DNA of 64,000 bases from Octopus sinensis (taxonomy: Eukaryota). Position 1 is the stretch's first letter. Every line of letters begins with the position of its first letter. The notes under the pieces are model-generated. The model had not been told where the DNA came from, did not search any database, and saw only the letters and a program-made list of their open reading frames with translations. Shown here in pieces: positions 13,471 to 25,498 of this stretch. The DNA lies in NCBI RefSeq assembly GCF_006345805.1, contig NC_042997.1, forward strand, positions 33,232,001 to 33,296,000, given 5' to 3'. A program made the translations under genes and the position numbers.

Positions 13471-14496
13471 TACCAGGTGATTCAAAAGTCCCTTCAGTAT
13501 TAATATAAACCAGTTAACTACCGAGAGGAATTCTTAATGTGTAGCCTGTCTCTTTCCCTCTCTATCCCCATATCACCGCTATCAAATTTGATATGTCAGA
13601 ATTCTTGATACTAGGGAAAAGTCTGCCTCCACCTCATATATGTTTATAGGAAACTCAAAAATCTACTATAACTTTAGGGTCTGACGAGAATGAGGACTAA
13701 CAGCGTAATTTTTGTCTTTGGGCAGCAACTTATTTCCTATTTGCTTGCGCCGGGAAAGCATGAAAAATGGCTAACATTTCCTTCAGACTTTGCTTTTGTT
13801 GCATTTATTCAAACCCCAAAGAATCCCTCTCAACACATGGTTATGATTGCTCCGCCACTACCCCTGCTTATCACCAGAGATGCACATATTGTCTGCCAAT
13901 AAGGGACATGCTCTAGTGGTTAAGGTCAAGCAACTGACAAGCAACCGATAAGCAAATCTGTAGTATTGAGCAGAATATTTACTATAACGATATTTCTGCT
14001 TTAACAACTCAGCGCTGAATCTGTCTGAAATGTAACGGAAAATAGGTCAGTTTCATAACATTGATGTCCAGGTCACAAAGGCAAAGTTTAAAGGGAATAG
14101 TAGTCATTTCCTTTGATTTCTAGTTAGAACCAAGTAAGAAATAACAATTACTGACCAAAGGAAAAAAAATTAAGTTTGTTACACAGTGTTATGCATACAA
14201 ACCAATGTATAGCAATGAAATAGTTCCTTTTGTCGTTTGAAACGATCGTAACCCAGAATAAACTTGTGTCGTTGCATTATCTTCATTGTTTTTAGTCTGA
14301 CTGCTATTAAACTCTGTGATTAATGCACCAACCCCTTCATTGGTGGGAATGAACTCGAAATTACGGGTTTTATAGATCGCTCACGAATTTGACTTGTGCG
14401 GAGTACCATCTTCCGTACTTGACATTTTATTAGCCCGGCTAGGTATTCACTTGGATTTAATCAATCCTCACTATGTGTGTGTATGTATATGTGTAC

Positions 14497-14531
<35 letters not shown>

Positions 14532-14692
14532 TTCTCCTATAGCTTCCCTCACAACTTCATGCGGCTTCACAGCACTGAGGATGTGGTAGAGTGATACTGT
14601 TGGAATGTGCCAAAATCGTGATGATTCTCAGTTGATAGCTTCAAAGGAAGATTTCCCGCTGCAGAACGTAGATGATGATGATGATGATGATG

Positions 14693-14744
<52 letters not shown>

Positions 14745-14805
14745 TAACCACCGCTACAACAACAAATAAGTAACCTAGAATATTTTATTAACCTTGAACT
14801 CTTAA

Positions 14806-15290
14806 TCAGTTCATCTTTAATATGTTTTTCCACAATGCATTTCTTGTTTTGAGAAAAGAATCTCTCGACGTATTTCTCAAACCGTCAATAATAAAAACAT
14901 AAATAAATTCACCACCAACAATAAATACGGCAATAATGAAAATAATGTTATATTGTTTCTGGTTGTTCAACCCGTGCCAAAACTGTCTATATAAACAGAC
15001 GTAACTGAGTTGGCGGTTTTTATACACTGGAAACAAAGCCAAAATTATGGAAATCGTTTATGAAAGAGATGGCATAAATACGTGCTTCAAAAAGACCATG
15101 TTCTCTGATATGACGGTTTCTACAGGCGGATGTATGTGAGTCAATTGTCCAGATATTATTGTCAAAGACCACCATGAAAATAAAGCTTCCTAATTTCAAT
15201 GGCTGACAATGTATCGCCGAAAGAAATAGATAAAATATTCAAATGTAAAGACTTGGAAACAGAGATATCCACATTCTAAGGATTGTATAA
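14806..15290 (-). pseudogene. Possible multi-TM (GPCR-like) relic
   Basis: SLHLNILSISFGDTLSAI (~15198-15250) resembles TM2 LxxxD; after a frameshift a mostly open hydrophobic frame TISIILALFPVYK...NIIFIIAVFIVGGEFIYVFII follows. Confidence 0.25.
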
Positions 15291-15321
15291 CAGAATCAAC
15301 CTCATAGTAATAAGTGCCTTT

Positions 15322-15515
15322 GAAGTGGCTGTGTGGTAAGTAGCTTGCTTACCAACCACATGGTTCCGGGTTCAGTCACACTGCGTGGCACCTTGGGCAA
15401 GTGTCTTCTACTATAGCCTCGGGCCGACCAAATCCTTGTGAGTGGATTTGGTAGACGGAAACTGAAAGAAGCCTGGCGTATATATGCATATAAATATATA
15501 TATATATATATGTGT

Positions 15516-15570
<55 letters not shown>

Positions 15571-15760
15571 TCCCCCTAGCATTGCTTGACAACCGATGCT
15601 GGTGTTTACGTCCCTGTAACCCTAGCGGTTCGGCAAGAGAGACCGATAGAATAAGTACTAGGCTTACAAAGAATAAGTCCTGGGGTCGATTTGCTCGACT
15701 AGAGGCGGTGCTCCAGCATGGCCGCAGTCAAATGACTGAAACAAATAAAAGAGTAAAGAG
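15322..15760 (+). mobile_element. SINE family A, near full length
   Basis: gtggctgtgtggtaagtagc...ggttcagtcac...internal (TA)(TG)n...gagtaaagag tail. Confidence 0.93.
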
Positions 15761-16806
15761 CAGGCAATTGAGTGTAGGTATGATTGGTTTTTTACAATTA
15801 AATGCTTCTAAGATCGATCACACGACGCAGCACCCATGGACAGTGTCGCTCATGTTGAGTAATATCTTGTGAGTAAGAATATGGTAGCCAGAAACTGCTT
15901 CAATCACACTGAACGCGTCTACTATACACAGGTAGCAGCAGACACCATTATAACTTCATCCTGAAGATAAAACTAGAAACGTTGATGCTGGATTTGGGAA
16001 ATTTTCTCTTAAACTGCTACGAACCTATACATAAATATAATACACACGCTCGCGTCCGAGCAGACACACATACTCGCACGCTCGCAATGTATATGCATGT
16101 GAGTGGATGGATGTGTGTGCCTGTATCAGTGTTTATACATATGTTTGTATCCTTTTCTAATGTGTGTAGGCAATGAAAGTAAGTATAGGCCAGAAAACAC
16201 ATTAAAAAGTCATCAGGATTTTTCGAGAAGTCCTTTGGGATATTCATTCCATACTAAGTTGCAGATGATCCTTTGTTATTATCACTGTTGTAAACATAGT
16301 GAATAATTAATTGACCCATTGTAAACCCATAACCAACGATGCTAAAGCCAATAAATTGCCATACAAAGCAAATAAAAATTACATAATACACACACAACCC
16401 AAACCTCACGATTTATACACAAGCATAACATTTAGAAATAGCATAATCAGGCAGTGCGCATATATCATAGAGGCTACTGGAATACGATACTTAAATACAA
16501 TAAAAGAAGATCACAAACAAAAGAAAGAGACACTGCACTCAAACAGCGCTTCTCTCAATTGTGCTGTGAAATTACAACATAATATTACTAAAATAGCAAT
16601 TATGATAATGATTTCTTATGTTCACAAGTTACACAGTTCACGAGAAAGATAAAGCCGATTAGATCGCTTACAATACTTGACCGTTACTTATATTATTGAC
16701 CCAGGGAGGATGAAACATAAAGTCGACTTTGGTAGGATTTGAACACTGAAATTAAAGGTGCTTTACAAATTACTACTTGGCAATATGTCAAACGCTTTGC
16801 AGATCC

Positions 16807-16893
16807 ATCTTTTATCTTTTACTCGTTTCAGTCGAACTAGTTGAGCCAAGTACTTATTCTATCTGTGTCTTTTGCGCAACCGCTAAGTTATGG
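16807..16893 (-). mobile_element. SINE family A 3' segment and tail fused behind the 5S copy
   Basis: Minus strand ccccataacttagcggttgcgcaaaagacacagatagaataagtact...gactgaaacgagtaaaagataaaagat, with an internal deletion. Confidence 0.8.
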
Positions 16894-17011
16894 GGCTCAC
16901 TGTACTTAGTTTTCCCAAACGGTCACCCATCTAAGTACTAACTAGGCTCGCTGTTGCTGAACTTCGGTGATCAGACAAGAACCGGTGTTTTTAAAGCGTT
17001 ATGGCCGTTTA
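16894..17011 (-). pseudogene. 5S rRNA pseudogene/retrocopy (~118 nt)
   Basis: Minus strand taaacggccataacgctttaaaaacaccggttcttgtctgatcaccgaagttcagcaacagcgagcctagttagtacttagatgggtgaccgtttgggaaaactaagtacagtgagcc aligns end to end with invertebrate 5S rRNA; A and C boxes degenerate; single copy. Confidence 0.9.
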
Positions 17012-17654
17012 CGGCCATCGGACTTTAAATAAATATTATTCATAATGAATGTTTCATTAGTAAGTATTTAACAGTAAGTATTCTAAAAGGAATCACAGAC
17101 CACATAATACAACCTTGATTTAAAATAATTTTGGGAGTTATTACGTATCTTACAAAGAGAAGAGAAGGTTACAACTGAAGGGTAATGGTTTTAACTGTTC
17201 TGAAACTGAATTAGATCCAGTTAAATTACATCTGTTAACCTATGTTCTTTTTAGGCTTTAGATCAATATAGCTGTTACGAGTTAATGAAAAGACCTCTAA
17301 GTGGTCGCTCAACAGACTAACAATAGCAACTAAATGTTATATTTTAAAATTATAAATTGGAGACTACATTGAAAAATAATCTTAAATTTTCAAAGTCTAA
17401 ACACTCACACACACAATCGTGAGTATCATTCCACCACCCCCACCTTTAGCAAGACAGGCGCTTAAGTGGCTATGGCGAATTCGACTTCTTTTAGTTTCAC
17501 TCGGAAAAATGAAGTGAGGTTGGAGAGGAAAGTACTCTCTCCCAGTGAATTTTGGAAAAAACTGGTGACTGGGGCGAAAATGTTTAGGGTGAATGGTTCT
17601 GCTCTAAGACTATAGACTGGAAAAGAGGAATTGGGCGAAGGCTCGTTCGTGCCT

Positions 17655-17850
17655 TTGGCAGCAGTTTTAAGGGAGTGGCTAAGTCGATGTAATCGACTTT
17701 AGTGTTCAACTGCTACTTGTTTTATAAACCCCGAAAGAATGAAAGACAAAGTCGACTTCGGCGGAATTTGAACCCAGAACAGAAAAAAGAGAGTGTAAAA
17801 AAAATGCTGCTAAGCATTCTGTCCGACTCGCTAACGAATCTACTAGCGCG
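17655..17850 (-). mobile_element. SINE family B/B', diverged copy
   Basis: ccccgaaagaatgaaagacaaagtcgacttcggcggaatttgaacccagaac...tgctaagcattctgtccg. Confidence 0.8.
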
Positions 17851-17969
17851 CTACATTAGTTTGGTGATTAATGTACGAAGAAACTTATGTAACAGGCGAT
17901 AGAGTTCGTTATTAAATTGGTTACATACAGCATCATATTTCGAGATTAAATAATTATCATAACTTCTAA

Positions 17970-18224
17970 GTAGATGTTTCTATTATAGTGATTCTTGACA
18001 GATTGTTCTGTATCACCGCTCCCTTACCAGTTCACTATCCCAACTTCCACTTCTTTATGATAAGAAAGCTGTATCAGAACACAATTTTCTTCATAACATT
18101 ACAACAGCCAAATATTAATGTAACATTAATATTCTTAAAACCAACTAATGTTAATAATAACGAATTTTCTGCCGTAAAAGCAATTACCCTTCTGAGATCC
18201 ATGAATTTTATCGTGGAATCTTGA
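17970..18224 (+). pseudogene. Possible class A GPCR relic (TM3-ICL2)
   Basis: Open frame VSIIVILDRLFCITAPL (DRLFCITAPL at 17997-18026) has exact (D/E)RxxxIxxPL spacing. Confidence 0.4.
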
Positions 18225-18608
18225 AATTTCCCCTCTAGGTAAATTTTCCAAGGTTAACAACTGTAGTCGTAGAAACAAGGATGGAAATATGTTCTTCGAC
18301 AAAATGAATTAATACATTTGTTAAATGATGTGTCACATAATATTCCTAGTTTCTAAAGTTGATAAATCAATTTGCCTTAATTGTCCACTTAAACAACACT
18401 TGATTACATGTAAATTTAGTGTGTTACAAATACAGTCTTTTACTTTTTTACAGTTTGCAATTTCTCTTTTATACACCAACTCACGTACACCAACATGATC
18501 TCTCTCCCCAACTCTCTCACATGTATGTATACGTATTCATGTATGTATACACACATACACACACACATACACACACACATACATACGTTTAACCACATAT
18601 ATATATAT

Positions 18609-18923
18609 TCTCTTTCTCTTTTACTTGTTTCAGTCATTTGACTGCAGCCATGCTGGAGCACCGCCTTTAATCGAGCAACTCGACCCTGGGACTTATTCTT
18701 TTGTAAGCCCAGTACTTATTCTATCGGTCTCTTTTGCCGAACCGCTAAGTAACGGGGACATAAACACACCAGCATCGGTTGTCAAGCAATGCTAGGGGGG
18801 ACAAACACTCACGCGCATATATATATATATATACATATATACGACGGGCTTCTTTCAGTGGGACTGAACCGGAACCATGTGGTTGGTAAACAAGCTACTT
18901 ACCACACATCCACTCCTGCGCCT
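18609..18923 (-). mobile_element. SINE family A with internal deletion
   Basis: Tail and head both present; the CORE-containing segment between ctttcagt and gggactgaacc is missing. Confidence 0.9.
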
Positions 18924-19018
<95 letters not shown>

Positions 19019-19113
19019 TACATAAATGGTAAGTGTGCCATGTTTGTGGTATAAGACAGATATATATTTGTATTTGAGTGTTTGGTATGCACGTATGTAT
19101 TTGTGGAGCTACT

Positions 19114-19153
<40 letters not shown>

Positions 19154-19797
19154 ACACACTGCCATATAATCTGATTTTACATGACTTAACAATAACAAAT
19201 TACTACATCATATTCTTTTCAAAGTCAGAGGTGAATGGTATTAAACCATTATTTCTCAGAGATGGATTTACTGCTAAAGTAAGGAAGACTTGTATTTCTC
19301 AGAAAATTGTCCATCTAATGATGATAATTAGAAAACAGCCACAACAAAAAGGAAACCGAAACGACCAAACCATTTTAGTTAACCAATTCTAATATCCTTC
19401 AAATTTCAATTTCACATTAAATAAGACAAATTTTCCTCCACGTCAACATATTTGTATAATCTTGTTAAAAGAAAAGAAAGAGAAAAGAGCTATTGAAAAT
19501 ATTACCAAGACAAGCCGACATTAATTATTGCAAGTTCAAATAGTCTATCTGGCTACACTTGGAGCTTCACATACTATTTAGTCTTTCGTTATTGGCATAA
19601 CCATTTGAAAAGACCAAACTTTTAATTATCTTTGCTTTGTAAACGTGGTGAAAGCTTAATTTAATACAATAATTAGGGTCCATTATATGCATGTATTTAT
19701 GCATGTATGTATGTGCGCGTGTCAGTATGTATGTGCATTTGCGTGTGCGTGTGTGTGTGTAAATATCTTTCAAAGGTTACGTACAATTTGCTAGAAT

Positions 19798-20173
19798 GGA
19801 GGCGCAATGGCCCAGTGGTTAGGGCAGCGGACTCGCGGTCATAGGATCGCGGTTTCGATTCCCAGACCGGGCGTTGTGAGTGTTTATTGAGCGAAAACAC
19901 CTAAAAGCTCCACGAGGCTCCGGCAGGGGATGGTGGTGATCCTGCTGTACTCTTCACCACAACCTTCTCTCACACTTACTTCCTTTCTGTTGTACCTGTA
20001 CTTCAAAGGGCCGGCCTTGTCACTCTCTGTGTCACGCGAATATCCCCGAGAACTACTTAAGGGGTCACGTGTCTGTGGAGTGCTCAGCCACTTACACGTA
20101 ATTTCACGAGCAGGCTGTTCCGTTGATTCGGATCAACCGGAACCCTCGTCGTCGTAACCGACGGAGTGCTTCC
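19798..20173 (+). mobile_element. SINE family C, tail type 1
   Basis: ggaggcgcaatggcccagtggttagggcagcgg (A box), ggtttcgattccc (B box), body, tail ggaaccctcgtcgtcgtaac. Confidence 0.9.
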
Positions 20174-20349
20174 ACAATTTGCCAGAAGTTTCATCTGGAG
20201 ACCAACATGGTCGAATCCAGAATCATCAAATAACCTTTGAAATATAAAATTACACATACTGAGTTCAGTTCCTATTTTTTTTCTCGTTTTATTTTTTTTA
20301 TATTTTTCGATTTCCAGATACCTTAGCCATATCATCAAGGATATCTCAA

Positions 20350-20602
20350 CTACCACCACCACTACTGCTGCAGCCGCTACCGCCTACTACTACAACTACT
20401 ACTACTACTACTACCACCACCACCACCACCACCACTACTACTACTAGTGCTCTGCTGCTGCTGCTGCTACTACTACTACTACTACTACTACTACTAGTGC
20501 TCTGATGCTGCTGCTGCTACTGCTGCTACTACTACTACTACTACCATCATCATCACCACCACCACCACCACTACTACTACTAGTGCTCTGCTGCTGCTGC
20601 TG

Positions 20603-20633
<31 letters not shown>

Positions 20634-20635
20634 AA
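20350..20635. repeat. (CTA)/(CTG)/(CCA) trinucleotide tract with an internal repeated block
   Basis: The motif actagtgctctg(c/a)tgctgctgctgcta recurs three times. Confidence 0.9.
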
Positions 20636-20696
20636 TTATATGTGTTTATACACGCGTACATATTGGTAAATAATAAGAACAATGCTAGAAGGAATT

Positions 20697-20930
20697 TGTT
20701 GTACACCCCTTCCCACGTGTCAGTCGTTGTAGGGAGGGTCAGAAGCAGTAGAGTCATTGTACGAGTTCTCAGTTGGAGTCAGCGTCAGTTATGTGATATA
20801 TACGAGATCGAGCACGATAGACGAGTCAAAGATAAGACGCGGAATACCGCCACAACATGATAGTGCCGACAAGAATATTACAGTGCTGACAATAACATAC
20901 AAGTTGACGAGGATCTCACATAAAAAACAT
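20697..20930 (+). mobile_element. Possible solo LTR
   Basis: Begins TGTTGTA, has a TATA-like gatatatacgagatc followed by a CpG-rich stretch; 3' CA end and TSD not defined. Confidence 0.3.
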
Positions 20931-21259
20931 TAGTTTATTTATATACAAGTGCAGAAAGTATTCGAATTTCAAGCGAAATGAAGTGAAATGGCATGAAATA
21001 TAAAAAAAATAAATAATTATGTAAAATAAAGTAGAAATTTTTACGTTATCAGATTTAAGAATATTTCGTCTGGTGTTTGAGAATACTTTTTACTTTGTAT
21101 TATTGATTTCATTCCATTTCTTTTGATTTCGTTGGAAATTTGAAGATTTTCTTTACAATATCTGTATATAAATAAACTACAGAAAAGTTCCTTCATCTGA
21201 CAAGCCTTATTATTATTACTACAATATACTATTCTGTACACTATAAAAATAATGTTTTA

Positions 21260-21303
<44 letters not shown>

Positions 21304-21372
21304 GGAGTAACACACTAAATGTGAAACAAGGTGGAAAAAAGGGTACTCAAATACCAGTGGTAGAGTAATATG

Positions 21373-21435
21373 CTTTATTTTAAGCAGCAGAAAATTCAAC
21401 AAATTTTGTTGAATTTTCTGCTGCTTAAAATAAAG
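21373..21435. repeat. 63-bp perfect palindrome (31-bp arms, 1-nt spacer)
   Basis: ctttattttaagcagcagaaaattcaacaaa t tttgttgaattttctgctgcttaaaataaag. Confidence 0.97.
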
Positions 21436-21447
21436 TATATATATATA

Positions 21448-21509
<62 letters not shown>

Positions 21510-22394
21510 ATATAATAATGCGAAAACTAATTTCTGTGTCTCAGTGTGTCGCACTTTGACCCCCTCTCTCACTATTCAATAACACTTCTACTATTGCTCA
21601 TGTTGGGGTGAGAGTAATAGTAGGCATAGAAACGGTAAGGGCGGTGGCGAAGACAGTCAGGCAGACAGAGAAAGAAAAATAGAGGAAAAGAAAGAGTGAC
21701 GAAAAATATAAGGAGAGTTGATAATGTTTTATTAAAAGTAGTAGTGTTGATGGTGGCAGTGGCAGTCATAATAAGAGAGAGAGAGAGGGGAGAAAGTGAG
21801 AGGGAGAGAGAGAGATTAAGAGAGAGAGGGAGAGGGAGAGAGAAAGAGTGGGTATGTGAGAGAAAGTGTGACTGAATACTGAACTAACATGCTGAACTGG
21901 CATACTGAATGAACACAAATATTTAGCCATTTTGTGATTGTAATGGGATGATAGTAATAGTATGAGCTGCAGTTGTGATAGAGGCGGAGGCGGCGATGAT
22001 GATGGTGCTGGTGCTGGTGGTAGCCGAGGTAGTTAGAGTGAGAGTAAGCAGTGTGAAAGGTGATGGTGATGGTGGTGGAGGGGAAGGCGGCGAAGTCAAA
22101 AGTATTGATGGTGGTGGCGTCAGAAATTTGAATGGTGTGTGTATGGCAGATGTGGTTGCGATGGTGATGGTACTTTGTTTATCATACAGCTTTGCATTAA
22201 GTTCCAAGTCGACAAATTATATAATTGTTTTGATGAAAATTGTTCATATATATATATATATATATATATAGATAGATAGACAGATACATACATACATACA
22301 TACATAAGTGATATATCTGTTGTATTAAACACGACTGTGTTCTAGTTATAAATATATATATAATATATATATATAATACACACACACACATACA

Positions 22395-22430
<36 letters not shown>

Positions 22431-22699
22431 ACATACATATATATATATATATATATAATATATATATATATTATATATGTATATAAAGTTAATCCAAACA
22501 AGAAAACAAAAAACACAACGCAGGATGTGGAACAAATAAAGTATTATTGGACGCTCAGGAAAGAAGGGAAGAAGGAGGGTTTGACGTTTCGAGCGGAGCG
22601 CTTTATATATATATATTTTATCACGATTTTTCATATTTCCGTATGAGTTTCTCATAATTCCCTTAAAATAGTAAATTCTCTAAATTCCTCATCAACATT

Positions 22700-23100
22700 T
22701 ACTAACCTTCGTCGTTTCACGTAACAAAATAAAATACTGGAGTAATTTTGTTGCTTCTTTCTGGCAGGCAGGGCGTACATGATTGGTGTATATACTATTC
22801 GAATGTTTACCTTAGTTTTATATATCATCAGTCAGCAGTTTAGTTTTGAATGCTATGTGCGTATTTCAGCGTTGTGTTGTAATATAAGGATATTGTTTCC
22901 ACCATTAATCGTCTATTTTCGAGGAAGAACTCTGTAGATTATATATGTATTGTCCACTAATGTTTTTTCTAGCTGGCTTGCTTTGTATTGTGCATTGCAA
23001 TTACTTTTCGTAAGTACATGGTGAACTGGCGAATTTCTTATGAATTTTGGAGAAGCCCTTTCTGATGCACGCCAAAAAAGGCTCATGACATCAGGGATCA
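22700..23100 (-). pseudogene. Class A GPCR relic (TM6-TM7-helix 8)
   Basis: Minus strand aat agt ata tac a cca atc atg tac gcc (22772-22799) is NSIY[N]PIMYA with a 2-nt deletion, followed by LPARKKQQNYSSILFC; upstream KTLVDNTYIIYRVLP resembles TM6 KTL...WLP. Confidence 0.55.
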
Positions 23101-23114
23101 TGTGGCACGACTAT

Positions 23115-23714
23115 ATATTTCTTTATTGCCCACAAGGGGCTACACATTAAGGGGACAAACAAGGACAGACGAAGGGATTAAATCGATTGCATCGACCCCA
23201 GTGCGAAACTGGTACTTTATTTATCGATCCCGAAAGGATGAAAGGCAAAGTCGACCTCGGCAGAATTTGAACTCAGAACGTAACGACAGACGAAATACCT
23301 ATTTCTTTACTACCCACAAGGGACTAAACACAGAGGAGACAAACAAGGACAGACAGACGGATTGAGTCGATTATATCGACCCCAGTGTGTAACTGGTACT
23401 TAATTTATCGACCCCGAAAGGATGAAAGGCAAAGTCGACCTCGGCGGAATTTGAACTCAGAACGTAACGACAGACGAAATACCTATTTCTTTACTACCCA
23501 CAAGGGGCTAAACACAGAGGAGACAACCAAGGACAGACAGACGGATTAAGTCAATTACATCGACCTCAGTGTGTAACTGGTACTTATTTAATCGACCCTG
23601 AAAGGATAAAAGGCAAAGTCGACCTCGGCGGAATTTGAACTCAGAACGTAACGGCAGTCGAAATACCGCTATGCATTTCGCCCGGCGCGCTAACGTGTCT
23701 GCCAGCTCGCCGCC
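23115..23714 (-). mobile_element. SINE family B trimer (one head, three bodies)
   Basis: Three ~184-bp units joined by gacgaaatacc|tatttc; the tRNA head occurs only once, at the right end. Confidence 0.95.
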
Positions 23715-24759
23715 AATGTGACACGACTATAAGTTCAGGTATAGTTTAAAACTTGCAACTGTTGCCCGTTTTTTTTTTATATCCTGCAGGTGTAAAGAAC
23801 CCTGCAGATGTAAGTGTAAAAACAAACATTCAAAACTTAACTGGAGTGTTGATATCTAAATATATGATATCTAAATATATGATATCTAAATATATGATCA
23901 AGTGAAAAAATCACTAAAAATAGGAACACAACCACGGATATCAATTCATATGCACGAACAATATCTTATCAGGTTCTTGACACGAGGGTAAATTCATGTT
24001 TCTTGCGCTAAACATAGCAGCAGGGCTGAATCTGTGTCCACGCCATCATGGCAGATTAACACAAAAGGACAAAATGATATATTTTACTAAGTCCTTTATG
24101 CAACAGAATGGTAACTATAATCTCTAAGAATTTTATTCCACCATTATCAGCATCATACTTTTCGTAAGATAAAGTTAACTTTTATTTCTGCTTTCGCTTC
24201 GATCGTTTGAAATCTTTGGTAAAGTTCTTCTGTAAAATTAGGAATTTATAGTAGATTCCAAAGTCTTTCAGTCTTTTTTTGGATCAGGCAGTCCTTTCAG
24301 ACAAACATAAACAGAAGAAAAATTCGTCACAATTCTCCTGTGGTCGAGTACCCCGTCGACGTTATTCGGTATAGATTTAGTCCGGATGTTGTTAGAAGAA
24401 TAAATTTATTCATGTCGGGAACTTGGTGAGATAGTGATCACATATTATGAACTAATATGCATAACAGTGTTCCTATTTTTAGTATTAATTAAATCACATG
24501 CACGCCCGCACGCACACACACACACATAGACACACACTGATGAGGCTAGGATTTTGCTCCAATACTCAACGGATAAAATTTCTTTAAACGCCATCAACAG
24601 CAACAGTAGGAGCAGCAGGATCAGAAGCAGCTGCAACATAAGCAGCAACAGCAGCAGCAATAGCAACAGCAGCAACAGTAGCATTTCTTTGCTTTGCTTT
24701 GCTTCAAAATTGACCATTTTTTTTTCTACCTGAAGATTGACTCTGCTTCTTCTATTCAT

Positions 24760-24913
24760 ATTTTATCCCTTCACCATCACCGCAACCACGACGACGACGG
24801 GCACCACCACCACCACCACCAACACCAACACCAACACCACCAACACCACTACCACCAACACCACCACCACCACCACCACCACCAACAACACCACCACCAA
24901 CACCACCACCACC

Positions 24914-24959
<46 letters not shown>

Positions 24960-24961
24960 CC

Positions 24962-24993
<32 letters not shown>

Positions 24994-25090
24994 CAACAAC
25001 ACCACCACACCACCACCACCACCACCACCAACCCAACCACCACCACCACCACCACCACCATCACTACCATCATCATCATCATCACCATTA
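24760..25090. repeat. (ACC)/(AAC)/(CAT) trinucleotide tract
   Basis: Directly visible; source of the poly-H/Q/T/V ORFs. Confidence 0.95.
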
Positions 25091-25267
25091 TTTTCTTCTG
25101 ATGATATTTCATGAAGCAATATTTATTTACATGCATGCACATATTGATCAGGCAGAAAAATAAATAACAAATAATGAGAACACTAAGCTGAAGGGAATTT
25201 TAACGCTTCGAGCAATTAGAAATCCTAAATTAGAATTCAGTGAACTTTCAGATCATCATCTAGTACC

Positions 25268-25498
25268 TATTTCTTTATTACCCACAAGGGGCTAAACACA
25301 GAGGGGACAAACAAGGACAGACAAAGGGATTAAGTCGATTACATCGCCCCCAGTGCGTAACTAGTACTTAATTTATCGACTCCGAAAGGATGAAAGGCAA
25401 AGTCGACCTCGGCGGAATTTGAACTCAGAACGTAACGGCAGACGAAATACGGTTACGCATTTCGCCCGGCGTGCTAACGTTTCTGCCAGCTCGCCGCC
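25268..25498 (-). mobile_element. SINE family B monomer with 12-bp TSD
   Basis: tcatctagtacc at 25256-25267 and 25505-25516. Confidence 0.95.

Noticed and set aside
23848-23898. 15-bp tandem repeat gatatctaaatatat x3
   Set aside because: An ordinary minisatellite with no further evidence of function.
23950-24480. Weak TM6/TM7-like phrases on the minus strand (KSMMLIMVE, YIILSFCVNLP)
   Set aside because: No canonical motif and many stops; not distinguishable from chance in AT-rich DNA.
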